DNA of 64,000 nucleotides from Actinomycetota bacterium. GTDB taxonomy: Bacteria > Actinomycetota > Aquicultoria > SURF-47. A program made the translations under genes and the position numbers. Under the pieces are notes generated by a model. The model worked only from the letters and a program-made list of their open reading frames with translations. It was not told the origin of the DNA and did no database searches. This document shows positions 20,915 through 30,346 of this stretch, in pieces. The stretch lies in assembly GCA_003599235.1 (NCBI GenBank), contig QZJE01000003.1, forward strand, positions 3,779 through 67,778, in the 5' to 3' direction. Every line of letters starts with the position of its first letter. Position 1 is the stretch's first letter.

Positions 20915-20991
20915 TGGCAGGCCAGGAGGGATTCGAACCCCCAACATCCGGTTTTGGAGACCGGCGCTCTGCCAATTGGAGCTACTGGCCT
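20915..20991 (-). tRNA. tRNA-Trp (anticodon CCA), CCA encoded
   Basis: Reverse complement reads AGGCCAGTAGCTCCAATTGGCAGAGCGCCGGTCTCCAAAACCGGATGTTGGGGGTTCGAATCCCTCCTGGCCTGCCA: anticodon loop CTCCAAA, T-loop TTCGAAT, 7-bp acceptor stem. Confidence 0.9.
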
Positions 20992-21063
20992 ATCTTCAGT
21001 CTGAAGGCTCTAGGCTGAAGTGCTGAAGTAATCCTTCAGTGCTTCAGATCTTCATCCTTCATC

Positions 21064-21216
21064 CTATTTCGTTTCTCTGTGCAAAGTGTGTTTTTGGCAC
21101 CATTTGCAAAACTTCTTCAACTCAACTTTATCCGGATTGTTTGTTTTGTTTTTGGTCGACGTATAATTACGTCTTTTGCAAACCGTGCACTCTAATGTAA
21201 TAGTAGTTTGAACCAT
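21064..21216 (-). CDS. rpmG: 50S ribosomal protein L33
   Basis: Not in the ORF track (under 60 aa). Hand translation: [50 protein letters not shown], the canonical L33 C4 zinc-ribbon sequence. rpmG followed by tRNA-Trp is a widespread arrangement. Confidence 0.9.
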   Translation of the reverse strand: MVQTTITLECTVCKRRNYTSTKNKTNNPDKVELKKFCKWCQKHTLHRETK

Positions 21217-21276
21217 TAAGCCTTCCTTTCATCTACAAGCTAACATCATCAAATTATTTGGTCAAGAAGTGTTACT

Positions 21277-22443
21277 TTAGTGTGAATTAAGCCAATTGAC
21301 TATTGAGGCTGCAGACCAAGCTTGAATATGACAAGCATTATCATTAAACATCGGAGCTTTGCCGTTTCTTGCAATACCGCAAAATAGCTCTGGAATGCAA
21401 TTTAGGTGCAAAGCTGCTTCCATGAGGCTTTTTCTGACTAATGCCGCCTCTTTAGTAAACCCGTATTTCTTCATTCCTTCACAGATAATCCAATTATCAT
21501 GAAACCAAATACTGCCGTTATGGTAAGAAAAGGGGCTAAAACGAATTTCTCTAGACGAAATTGTTCTAATCCCCCATCCCGAGAACATATCAGGTTTCAT
21601 TAAGCGCTCAACTACCATGGCTGCCTTATCCTCATCAATTGCCTCGCTGTAAAGCAGGTGTCCTGGGTTAGAGCTAATAATAGCTATTTGTTCCTTAGCC
21701 GAATCAAGACCGATTGCAAAAAATTTTTTCCGCTTAACCCAAAAACAATCATTAATTTTTTTTCTTAAGTCATTTATTCTTGATTGCTCTACCGGCAACT
21801 TTTTATTAATTATTTCTGCAAGATAATTTAGGCTTATAAGCGCTTGATATTTATAGCCCTGTATTTCTACACTGCTTATCGGCGGCTCAACTAAGTGACC
21901 GTCAGAGTAAAAAACACTATCTAGTGAATCTTTCCAGCATTGATTGCGCAAACCTTGAGGATTTTTTCTGTGATACTCAATAAATAAATCGCTGTCGAAA
22001 TCTCCGTACTCGCGCATCCAATCAAGAGCCTTTAGAGCTTTTGGCCACAATGATTGTACTAAAGAAATATCCTTAGTTTTTTTGTAATACTTTGCAAGCA
22101 AAACAATAAACAAAGGAGTGGAGTCAGCGCTTCCGTAATATGGGAACTTCCATTTATAGTTTAGCTCATGATTTCTTAAACGGTTTTCATGAATAATCTT
22201 GCCAGGCTCTTCTTCTGACAAATGATCAATCCTTTTGCCTTGCATCGAAGCCAATTTTAGTAAAGTCTTTCTAGCATAACCCGGATTGTAATCAAGTAAC
22301 TGAAGGGAGCATATTATAGAATCGCGGCCAAAAAGACAGTTGAAATGAGGCAGTCCGGCATAAAGATACCCTCGATGGGTAAGTTTATCTATATCATCAA
22401 TTGCTCTAATTAATAGTGCTTCTTTAGCTGTTTTGTTTAGCAT
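21277..22443 (-). CDS. Six-hairpin glycosidase of the amylo-alpha-1,6-glucosidase (GDE_C)-like family
   Basis: 388 aa. GYLYAGLPHFNCLFGRDS motif and W-rich C-terminal half typical of an (alpha/alpha)6 barrel. Family call only. Confidence 0.5.
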   Translation of the reverse strand: MLNKTAKEALLIRAIDDIDKLTHRGYLYAGLPHFNCLFGRDSIICSLQLLDYNPGYARKTLLKLASMQGKRIDHLSEEEPGKIIHENRLRNHELNYKWKFPYYGSADSTPLFIVLLAKYYKKTKDISLVQSLWPKALKALDWMREYGDFDSDLFIEYHRKNPQGLRNQCWKDSLDSVFYSDGHLVEPPISSVEIQGYKYQALISLNYLAEIINKKLPVEQSRINDLRKKINDCFWVKRKKFFAIGLDSAKEQIAIISSNPGHLLYSEAIDEDKAAMVVERLMKPDMFSGWGIRTISSREIRFSPFSYHNGSIWFHDNWIICEGMKKYGFTKEAALVRKSLMEAALHLNCIPELFCGIARNGKAPMFNDNACHIQAWSAASIVNWLNSH

Positions 22444-22534
22444 GATTAATCACTGCTTTATGAATTCTATTACCTGTCAATTTTTTGTCAATTATCACCA
22501 AAAGCTTGTCTTAATTAAACAAAAACATCTATAC

Positions 22535-22668
22535 TAATTAGTATGTCAACCCGGGGAGCCTAAAAGGCTGAGAGTCCGGCTAGTGATAATAATCGGCAAA
22601 AGTCGATAAATCTTTAAAATTACTAATAGCCGGAGACCCGCATAACCTGATCTGGATAATGCCAGCGG
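22535..22668 (+). ncRNA. TPP (THI-box) riboswitch controlling the thiM-thiE-thiC-thiL-thiD operon
   Basis: GGGGAGCC...CUGAGAG...ACCCGCAUAACCUGAUCUGGAUAAUGCCAGCGGAGGGA matches the THI-element core (CUGAGA, ACCUGAUCUGGAUAAUGCCAGCG). The 3' end overlaps the GGAGG RBS of thiM. Confidence 0.9.
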
Positions 22669-22669
22669 A

Positions 22670-23495
22670 GGGAGGAGTAATGTTAGAGCAAGTTTCTAGA
22701 GATTTATCATTAATCAGAGAGAAAAAACCCCTTGTCCACCACTTAACCAATTTCGTAGTAATGAATGAGACCGCCAATATGACACTGGCAATCGGTGCTT
22801 TGCCAATTATGTCTCATGCGCCTGAAGAAGTGGAAGAAATGGTTCAAGTAGCTTCTTGTCTAGTATTAAACATCGGCACCTTAACACCTTATTGGATTAA
22901 CTCTATGATTCTGGCAGGCAAAAAAGCTAACGAGCTGGGAATACCCGTTGTTTTGGATCCCGTGGGAGCGGGAGCAACTAAATTAAGAATTGATAGCGCT
23001 AAAAAAATCTTAGAGGAAGTAAATATCTCCACTGTGAGAGGAAACTCAGCTGAAATTGCCGTTCTGGCTGGTATTCAGGCAGAGATCAAAGGAGTAGAGG
23101 CTATAAGCAAAAGTGCATCATCAGAGCAAATTGCCCAGGATTTTGCCCTAAAAAGCGGCTGCGTTGCAGCAGTAACTGGCGTAGAAGACGTAGTAAGTGA
23201 CGGCGAGACAACTATTACTATTAAAAACGGCCATAAGATGATGGCAACTATCACCGGAACCGGCTGCATGTCTACCACAATGGTAGCAGCATTTAACGCC
23301 GTACAAAAAAACCCTTTGGTTGCTGCCCTTGGCGGACTTTGTGCCTTTGGAGTAGCCGGAGAAAAAGCAGCTTATTATACCAATAATAAACCCGGCAGTT
23401 TTCATGTAGCCTTGTATGACGAAGTATCCAATTTAAGCGCTGCTGATATCCTTGATAGAGCTAAAATCGAGGTAACACAAAAGGAGCTTGCTTGA
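22670..23495 (+). CDS. thiM: Hydroxyethylthiazole kinase
   Basis: MLEQVSRDLSLIREKKPLVHHLTN... The track start at 22659 (AUGCCAGCG) lies inside the conserved riboswitch aptamer, so the downstream in-frame ATG at 22670 is preferred. Confidence 0.85.
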
Positions 23496-24094
23496 AAGGA
23501 CTTTATTTTATAACTACTGAGTACCCCGAACTAAAGCGTAGCCACTATTTGGTGACAAAAGAAGCAATAGAGGCAGGTGTCAAGATAGTTCAGTACCGTG
23601 AAAAAAATAAGGATTTTAAGACTCGGTTTAAAGAGGCTTCCAGGATAAAAAAGTTATGTGATAGTAATAAAGTGCAGTTTTTAGTAAATGACGACGTGCA
23701 CTTGGCGTTGATGCTTAACAGCGGTGTTCATTTAGGCCATGACGATATGTCTATTAAGCAAGCCAGGCAGATACTTGGCAAAAAAAAGATAATCGGCTTG
23801 TCGGCAAGAAACTACGAAGAAGCAATGCAAGCTGCTAACCTTGCTCCCGATTATTTAGGGGTAGGCCCTGTTTTTAATACCCCCAGTAAAGATGATGCCG
23901 CCCCTGCTATCGGCCTTTTTGAGCTTAATAGAATATGCCAAGCTGTTAAGCTTCCGGTTATTGCTATCGGAGGTATTACCGCAAACAATGCAAATGACGT
24001 TTACCATGCAGGAGCAAGCGGTATAGCAGTAATATCAGCTATTGCTAAAGCCCCGGATATCAGTAGTGCTGTAGAAGAATTAATCAGTGCTTAA
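23492..24094 (+). CDS. thiE: Thiamine-phosphate synthase
   Basis: 200 aa, TTG start overlapping thiM stop. VQYREK, GLSARN, VIAIGGI motifs. Confidence 0.85.
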   Translation: MKGLYFITTEYPELKRSHYLVTKEAIEAGVKIVQYREKNKDFKTRFKEASRIKKLCDSNKVQFLVNDDVHLALMLNSGVHLGHDDMSIKQARQILGKKKIIGLSARNYEEAMQAANLAPDYLGVGPVFNTPSKDDAAPAIGLFELNRICQAVKLPVIAIGGITANNANDVYHAGASGIAVISAIAKAPDISSAVEELISA

Positions 24095-24107
24095 ATAAGG
24101 AAATATT

Positions 24108-25409
24108 ATGAATCTGTTGAAATCCATAAAAGACGGCCAAATCCCGCCCCGAATAAAAAAATTAGCCCTGTGCGAGCAAATAGAGGAATCTGAATTAGCA
24201 GATAAAATCTTATCAGGCCATATTGTTGTCCCGGCAAACAATTGCCGTAAAAACACTATTTTGCCGGTAGGTATAGGGGCAGGGTTGTCTACCAAAATAA
24301 ATGCCAATATCGGGACTTCAACTGACATCAATGAACTTGATTTAGAGTTAGAAAAATTAAAAGTAGCCACAGATGCCGGAGCTGATACCATCATGGATTT
24401 AAGCACCGGTGGCCATATCAGTAAAATCAGGCAACAAATTCTTAAGCAATGTAACGTGCCCTTGGGAACTGTGCCCATTTATCAAGTTACCGTTTTAGCT
24501 AAACAAACTACAGGTTCGCTTATTGGCTATACAAAAGAAGATATTTTTAAAGTAATTACAGAGCAGGCTAAAGAAGGAGTGGACTTCATTACCGTTCATT
24601 GCGGAGTAAACCGGCAAACGCTCCAAGCGCTAATTGAGCAAAAAAGGGTAATGGATGTTGTAAGCAGGGGTGCTTCTTTTACTATCGGATGGATGATAGA
24701 AAATGATGCTGAAAATCCTTTATTTAATGATTTTGAACAATTATTGGAGATAGCAAAGCTCTATGACGTAACTCTTAGCTTGGGTGACGGAATGAGGCCG
24801 GGTTGCTTAGCTGATGCTACCGACAGGCCCCAGATTGAAGAATTATCTGTTTTAGGTCAACTGGTAAAACAAGCTCAAGAATACGGAGTGCAGGTTATGG
24901 TAGAGGGCCCGGGACATGTCCCCCTAAACCAAATCGAAGCTAACGTTAAACTTCAGAAGAGCCTGTGCCATAATGCCCCTTTTTATGTACTAGGGCCATT
25001 GGTTACTGATATCGCTCCTGGTTACGATCACATAACCTCGGCTATTGGAGGAGCGTTAGCTGCCTCTTATGGAGCCGATTATCTCTGCTACGTCACCCCA
25101 AAAGAACACTTAGGTCTGCCAGGTGTCCAAGACGTACAAGACGGGGTGATTGCCAGTAAAATTGCCGCCCACGCTGCCGATATCGTAAAACAAGTGCCTG
25201 GTGCATGGCATAAAGACAAAGAGATGGCTAAAGCACGCAAGGATCTTAACTGGCAAAAACAAATTGAGTTATCTATCGATCCCAAGACAACTAAAAAGGC
25301 GTACTTGGATAAAAAACCGGCAGAAGAAGATGCATGTACCATGTGCGGCCAATACTGCGCCATGAAGTTAGTTTCTGATTACTTAGGTGATAAAATTACA
25401 TGTCATTAG
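24108..25409 (+). CDS. thiC: Phosphomethylpyrimidine synthase (radical SAM)
   Basis: 433 aa, C-terminal CTMCGQYCAMK Fe-S motif, highly conserved ThiC core. Confidence 0.92.
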   Translation: MNLLKSIKDGQIPPRIKKLALCEQIEESELADKILSGHIVVPANNCRKNTILPVGIGAGLSTKINANIGTSTDINELDLELEKLKVATDAGADTIMDLSTGGHISKIRQQILKQCNVPLGTVPIYQVTVLAKQTTGSLIGYTKEDIFKVITEQAKEGVDFITVHCGVNRQTLQALIEQKRVMDVVSRGASFTIGWMIENDAENPLFNDFEQLLEIAKLYDVTLSLGDGMRPGCLADATDRPQIEELSVLGQLVKQAQEYGVQVMVEGPGHVPLNQIEANVKLQKSLCHNAPFYVLGPLVTDIAPGYDHITSAIGGALAASYGADYLCYVTPKEHLGLPGVQDVQDGVIASKIAAHAADIVKQVPGAWHKDKEMAKARKDLNWQKQIELSIDPKTTKKAYLDKKPAEEDACTMCGQYCAMKLVSDYLGDKITCH

Positions 25410-25420
25410 AACTGTTAAGG

Positions 25421-25502
25421 GGTGGCGCGCCGGTGGCTTTCGACCGCGCGCAAGTTTATCTGAGCACGGCGAAAGACTTCCGGCGTGACAGGACCCCGTG
25501 AG
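25421..25502. repeat. GC-rich ~85-nt structured element, copy A (inverted copy at 57845-57930, ~88% identical)
   Basis: gggtggcgcgccggtggctttcgaccgcgcgcaagtttatctgagcacggcgaaagacttccggcgtgacaggaccccgtgag. About 62% GC against a ~40% background. Closing helix GGGGU...ACCCC plus an internal GCGCGC hairpin. Sits in the 95-nt thiC-thiL spacer. Confidence 0.6.
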
Positions 25503-25504
25503 TT

Positions 25505-26494
25505 ATGGATATCAAAGAAATTGGTGAGTTTGGACTCATCGATAAAATCGATAAAATTGTTTATAGAAAAGACAAGAAGCTGGTTGCCAGTATCGGTGAT
25601 GATTGTGCCGCTTTTAAGATTGGTGGGACAAAAATTGGATTGTTAACAACCGACAGCCTTGTAGAAGACATCCATTTTAAACTAAAATGCACTTCCCCTT
25701 ATGATTTAGGATACAAGTCTATTATTGCCAGCATCAGCGATATTGCCTCAATGGCCGGGGTTCCCCTCTACTGCTTAGTTAGCCTGATTTTACCAGACTA
25801 TATTACTGTTGAGTTTGTGCAATCTTTTTATAGGGGAGCAAAAACCGCATGTAATAAATATGGCTGTTTGATTGCCGGAGGAGACATAAGCGGCAGCCAT
25901 ACCAATTTTTCTCTAAATGTATCAATTTACGGAGAAAGCCAACAAAAATTATTAAGAAAAAGAAGCGAGGCCAAAGTCGGTGATTTAATTTTTGTTACAG
26001 GCCCCTTGGGGGGATCTGCTGCCGGATTAGAACTCCTGCTTAAACCTGAAACTAAGGCTAGTGTTTCAACATATTCGAAACTTACAAAAAAACATTTGCG
26101 GCCAGAAGCAAAAGTAGCCGAGGGACTGCTGGCTTCTAAGAACGGAGCGACAGCCATGGAGGACATAAGCGACGGTTTGGTTGGCGAAGTGGCTCACATC
26201 TGTGAGCAAAGCAAGATTGGGGCTATTATTTATGTTGACAAAGTACCGGTTGATGAATCAATAAAAAGGGTTGATAGTTTGAAAACAAAAGCTATGGAAT
26301 TAGCATTGAGTGGCGGCGAGGACTACGAGTTAGTATTTAGCTGCCCTAAGAGAAAAACAGCTAGTTTAGCTAAAGCCTTCAACAAAAAGAATCTGCCCTT
26401 ATTTGAAGTAGGTGAAATAACTAAAGGCAACCGAGTTAAAGTGCTCCATAATAAAGAAAAAGAAATTAAGCTTAAGGGGTATGAACACTTTTGA
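25505..26494 (+). CDS. thiL: Thiamine-monophosphate kinase
   Basis: 329 aa. IGDDCAAF, AIR-synthase-like fold motifs. Confidence 0.85.
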   Translation: MDIKEIGEFGLIDKIDKIVYRKDKKLVASIGDDCAAFKIGGTKIGLLTTDSLVEDIHFKLKCTSPYDLGYKSIIASISDIASMAGVPLYCLVSLILPDYITVEFVQSFYRGAKTACNKYGCLIAGGDISGSHTNFSLNVSIYGESQQKLLRKRSEAKVGDLIFVTGPLGGSAAGLELLLKPETKASVSTYSKLTKKHLRPEAKVAEGLLASKNGATAMEDISDGLVGEVAHICEQSKIGAIIYVDKVPVDESIKRVDSLKTKAMELALSGGEDYELVFSCPKRKTASLAKAFNKKNLPLFEVGEITKGNRVKVLHNKEKEIKLKGYEHF

Positions 26495-27261
26495 AAAACG
26501 TACTTTGTATCGGCGGCTTTGACCCTAGCGGGGCAGCCGGCATTTTAGCCGACAGCGCTACCTTAATAGAGCTAGGGGTTATCCCGCTTACTGCAATAAC
26601 TGCATTAACCTCACAAAATAGCCAGGGCGTCTTTGACATACTAATACCTGAACCCCAACACTTACGCACTCAGCTGGAAGTCATTCTAAGCGATTATTCC
26701 GTCCGGGCTATCAAAATAGGCATGCTTGGTAACAGTGATAATGTAAAAGTGGTCTCTAATCTGCTAAAAATACATCGAGTGACTGTGGTCTTAGATCCTG
26801 TCTTTTACTCAACTTCAAACACTGCTCTGCTTGATACTGAAGGCATATCTGTATTGATTAATCAGCTCCTTGCCCAATGTAGCATAGTTACCCCTAATAT
26901 AAGCGAGGCAGAAAAACTGGCCGGTATTAAAATTAATAATGATGCAGACATTGAAAAAGCCGCCCGGATTATCCAGGATATGGGACCAGATTGGGTAATA
27001 ATCAAAGGAGGGCATTTGCCTGGTAGACCGGTTGATTTTATCTTTAATGGCAACGATTTATTAAAACTGGAACAAGACCGTATCGATAAACAAATGCGTG
27101 GTACTGGCTGCATCTTCGCATCTGCTTTGGCGGCTAATTTATCTCTTGGTTTGTCAATGCCGCAATCAGCCCTTGCAGCAAAAAAATACGTTACTAAAAA
27201 AATACAAAAAGCGGTAAAATTAGGAAGTGGAGCACCGCAAGCCGTTTGGGAGAGCAAATGA
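26491..27261 (+). CDS. thiD: Hydroxymethylpyrimidine/phosphomethylpyrimidine kinase
   Basis: 256 aa. GGFDPSGAAGI, ribokinase-fold ThiD motifs, TTG start. Confidence 0.85.
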   Translation: MKNVLCIGGFDPSGAAGILADSATLIELGVIPLTAITALTSQNSQGVFDILIPEPQHLRTQLEVILSDYSVRAIKIGMLGNSDNVKVVSNLLKIHRVTVVLDPVFYSTSNTALLDTEGISVLINQLLAQCSIVTPNISEAEKLAGIKINNDADIEKAARIIQDMGPDWVIIKGGHLPGRPVDFIFNGNDLLKLEQDRIDKQMRGTGCIFASALAANLSLGLSMPQSALAAKKYVTKKIQKAVKLGSGAPQAVWESK

Positions 27262-27809
27262 AGATAGGCCTAATAAGTGATACCCATGGAGATGTAGCTG
27301 CTTGGCATCTGGCTGTGGAGTTATTCCGGGACTGCGATTATATCCTGCACAGCGGAGACATCTTATATAACGGAGCTTTTAATCCGGTTGGCAAAAATTA
27401 TAATCCTCTAGATTTAGCAAGCCATATCAACAACTGCCCCATTCCAGTCATTTTCGCAAAAGGAAATTGCGACAGTGAGGTTGATACTCTAGCAATCGAG
27501 TACCCTATCCAAGCCCCTTATGCCTTTGCTAATTTATTAGAAAAAAAGATTTTGATTCATCATGGTGATAAGTTAACCCAAGAAAAAGTACTTGAGATGT
27601 CTAAAAAATTTCCTCTAGATGTTGTCGTTTCCGGACATACACATATATATAAAATAAATAAAACCGCCTCAACGATATTTGTAAATCCGGGAAGCGCTTC
27701 CCTTCCCAAAGATCCAGATAGTATAAAAAGCGCTGCCTTAATGGATGAGGAAGGAATAAAAATCATCGCTTTAGAATCCAATAAAACCCTCACTTCAATA
27801 AACTTTTAA
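27258..27809 (+). CDS. YfcE-like metallophosphoesterase
   Basis: MKIGLISDTHGD...GNCD...GHTH calcineurin-like motifs, ~184 aa. Confidence 0.7.
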   Translation: MKIGLISDTHGDVAAWHLAVELFRDCDYILHSGDILYNGAFNPVGKNYNPLDLASHINNCPIPVIFAKGNCDSEVDTLAIEYPIQAPYAFANLLEKKILIHHGDKLTQEKVLEMSKKFPLDVVVSGHTHIYKINKTASTIFVNPGSASLPKDPDSIKSAALMDEEGIKIIALESNKTLTSINF

Positions 27810-27835
27810 ACAAGACTTGACAATACCTCACTCAT

Positions 27836-27870
27836 ATTTTATTATAATATATAGCTAAAGTTTGCCGATA
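27836..27870 (+). promoter_or_regulatory. Sigma-70-type promoter candidate for the dnaK operon (TTGACA, 17-nt spacer, TATTAT/TATAAT)
   Basis: cttgacaatacctcactcatattttattataat about 80 nt upstream of the dnaK ATG. Confidence 0.45.
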
Positions 27871-27945
27871 CAACAATTAGGCACTGTGTGACTGTTCCCT
27901 ATCCCTTAGAGGGTAGCTGTCACCAGTCTAGATTTAGGAGGAAAA

Positions 27946-29790
27946 ATGGCAAAAGTAATAGGTATCGACCTAGGAACAACTAACTCATGTATGGCGGTTT
28001 TAGAAGGTAATGACCCCACTGTTATTCCTAACGCAGAAGGCGGACGGGTTACCCCGTCGGTTGTTGCATTTTCTAAAACTAACGAAGTTTTGGTAGGCGA
28101 AATCGCCAGACGCCAGGCTATCACTAATCCGGAAAAAACCATCCGTTCTATCAAACGAGATATGGGAACTAAGAAAAAAGTAAAGGTGGCTGATAAGGAA
28201 TACAACCCTGAGCAGATTTCGGCGTTTATCTTACAAAAACTTAAAAGAGATGCCGAGGCCTATTTAGGCGAAGAAATAAAACAAGCCGTAATTACCGTAC
28301 CTGCTTATTTTGAAGACGCCCAGCGCCAAGCCACCAAAGATGCCGGTAAAATTGCAGGACTGGAAGTGCTAAGAATCATCAACGAACCTACGGCAGCTTC
28401 CCTTGCCTACGGTCTAGATAAAGACAAGGATCACAAAGTACTGGTTTTCGACTTAGGAGGCGGAACCTTTGACGTTTCCATCCTCGATATTGGAGACGGA
28501 ACTTTTGAAGTTAAAGCTACCAGCGGAAACAACCACTTGGGCGGTGATGATTTCGACCAGCGCATAATCGATTGGATGGCTGATGATTTCAAGTCCAAAA
28601 CCAACATTGACCTAAGAAAGGACAATCAAGCCTTACAAAGGTTAAAAGAAGCTGCTGAGAAAGCTAAAATCGAGCTTTCCCAGACGACATCTACTAGTAT
28701 TAACCTGCCCTTTATCACTGTATCCGACGAAGGCCCGCAGCACTTGGATATGACTTTAACTAGAGCTGACTTTGATAAGTTAACTGCAGAATTAGTTGAA
28801 AAATGCAAGGGTCCATTAGTTCAAGCAATGAAAGACGCAAAGGTTGAAGGCAAAGATTTAGAGCACGTTATCTTGGTCGGCGGCAGCATAAGAATCCCAG
28901 CCGTCCAGGAACTAGTTAAAAGCGTAACTGGTAAAGAACCCCATAAGGGGGTTAATCCTGACGAGGCCGTAGCTACCGGTGCTGCTATTCAAGGTGCATT
29001 TTTAGGTGGCAATCTAGGTAAAGATATCCAACTATTAGATGTCACTCCCCTTTCATTAGGGATTGAGACTTTAGGTGGTGTCTGCACTCACTTAATCGAG
29101 CGCAATACTACAATACCGACCGAGAAAAAAGAAACATTTACTACAGCAGCTGATAACCAAACGCAAGTGGAAATAAACGTTCTTCAAGGTGAACGTCAGA
29201 TGGCTGCTGATAATAAATCTCTGGGACGATTTCATCTGGTAGGTATGCCTCCTGCTCCAAGAGGAGTCCCTCAAGTTGAAGTTACCTTTGATATCGATGA
29301 AAACGGTATCCTAAACGTCTCAGCAAAAGATAAAGCTACTGGTAAAGAACAAAAAATCACCATTACCGGCTCTACAAGATTGCAAGACGAAGACATTGAC
29401 AATATGGTCAAAGAAGCCGAATCCCATGCTGAAGAGGATAAGAAAAAGAAGGAAGAAGTAGAGACCAGAAATAATGCTGACCAGCTCGTTTATCAAACCG
29501 AAAAACTGATAGCTGATTTAGGAGAAAAGGTAGCTGATAGCGAAAAAGAGAAAATCCAAAAGTCTCTTGATGAGCTAAAAGAAGCTATTAAGGGTGAGGA
29601 TGCGTCGAAAATCAAAGAAGCAACCGATGCCTTGATGAGTGCTTCTCACGAGCTATCCCAGGTCCTTTATCAGCAGCAAGCCCAGACAGGAGGACAACCA
29701 GGAGAAGCTGGCAACGACGACAAAAAAACTAAGGATGAAGAAGAAGTTGTCGAAGGAGAGGTCGTAGATGACCAAAGCCAAAAGCAGTAA
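27946..29790 (+). CDS. dnaK: Molecular chaperone DnaK (Hsp70)
   Basis: 614 aa. [18 protein letters not shown], acidic EEVD-like C-terminus. Confidence 0.97.
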   Translation: MAKVIGIDLGTTNSCMAVLEGNDPTVIPNAEGGRVTPSVVAFSKTNEVLVGEIARRQAITNPEKTIRSIKRDMGTKKKVKVADKEYNPEQISAFILQKLKRDAEAYLGEEIKQAVITVPAYFEDAQRQATKDAGKIAGLEVLRIINEPTAASLAYGLDKDKDHKVLVFDLGGGTFDVSILDIGDGTFEVKATSGNNHLGGDDFDQRIIDWMADDFKSKTNIDLRKDNQALQRLKEAAEKAKIELSQTTSTSINLPFITVSDEGPQHLDMTLTRADFDKLTAELVEKCKGPLVQAMKDAKVEGKDLEHVILVGGSIRIPAVQELVKSVTGKEPHKGVNPDEAVATGAAIQGAFLGGNLGKDIQLLDVTPLSLGIETLGGVCTHLIERNTTIPTEKKETFTTAADNQTQVEINVLQGERQMAADNKSLGRFHLVGMPPAPRGVPQVEVTFDIDENGILNVSAKDKATGKEQKITITGSTRLQDEDIDNMVKEAESHAEEDKKKKEEVETRNNADQLVYQTEKLIADLGEKVADSEKEKIQKSLDELKEAIKGEDASKIKEATDALMSASHELSQVLYQQQAQTGGQPGEAGNDDKKTKDEEEVVEGEVVDDQSQKQ

Positions 29791-30250
29791 ATCTAATAAA
29801 GAAATCGAAGCTCTTAAGGAAAAGGCAGCTAAGGCTGATGACTACCTTAGTCAATTAAAAAGACTGGCAGCTGAGTTTGATAATTATAAAAAACGGATGA
29901 TTAGAGAACAATCAGCCGCTATCGCTTTAGCTTCCAAAAACCTCATTGAGCAGCTCTTACCTACCTTGGATGACTTAGAAAGAGCCATTGAGTCAGTAAA
30001 AGACGGCCAATCAGCAGAGATGGTAGCTAAAGGAGTAGAGCTAACCTACAACGATATACAAAAACTACTTGAGGCCGAAGGTGTCGAGCAAATTAATCCG
30101 GTAGGTGAAGGGTTTAATCCGGCTACCTCAGAAGCTGTTGCCCAAGTTGATTCAGACCAATCATCTGAAACTGTCGTTGAGGTATTACAAAAAGGATACA
30201 AAATGAACAACATGGTAATACGGCCAGCTAAGGTGACAATAGCTAAATAG
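29768..30250 (+). CDS. grpE: Nucleotide exchange factor GrpE
   Basis: 160 aa. [12 protein letters not shown] signature, overlaps dnaK stop. Confidence 0.85.
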   Translation: MTKAKSSKSNKEIEALKEKAAKADDYLSQLKRLAAEFDNYKKRMIREQSAAIALASKNLIEQLLPTLDDLERAIESVKDGQSAEMVAKGVELTYNDIQKLLEAEGVEQINPVGEGFNPATSEAVAQVDSDQSSETVVEVLQKGYKMNNMVIRPAKVTIAK

Positions 30251-30251
30251 A

Positions 30252-30342
30252 TAATCCGTCATTGCGAGGAGCGTTAGCGACGAAGCAATCCAAGACAGGG
30301 ATTGCCACGCCCCGTTGGGGCTCGCAATGACAGTAAAGGATA
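30252..30342 (+). repeat. Structured GC-rich element E1 in the grpE-dnaJ spacer (nested ATTGC/GCAAT hairpins; related copy at 51262-51312)
   Basis: cgtcattgcgagg...gcaatcc...gattgccacgccccgttggggctcgcaatgac. An 11-bp long-range inverted repeat GTCATTGCGAG/CTCGCAATGAC flanks an internal GCCCC-GTT-GGGGC hairpin. Confidence 0.55.
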
Positions 30343-30346
30343 GGGT

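Noticed and set aside
25421-25502. Considered whether the GC-rich 85-nt element is a hammerhead ribozyme, or a ZTP, guanidine-III, c-di-GMP or cobalamin riboswitch
   Set aside because: Partial word matches only (CUGAGCA...GAAA; UGACAGGAC; GCCACG). The required core motifs (CUGAUGA + stem II + GAAA; B12 box GCCACUG with GGUGAAAAUCC) are not present in the right arrangement. I left it as an unknown structured repeat.
27790-27945. Looked for CIRCE (TTAGCACTC-N9-GAGTGCTAA) and HAIR (CTTGAGT-N7-ACTCAAG) at the dnaK promoter
   Set aside because: Only non-palindromic partial matches (TTAGGCACTG; CTTGACA-N7-ACTCATA). That is insufficient to call an operator.
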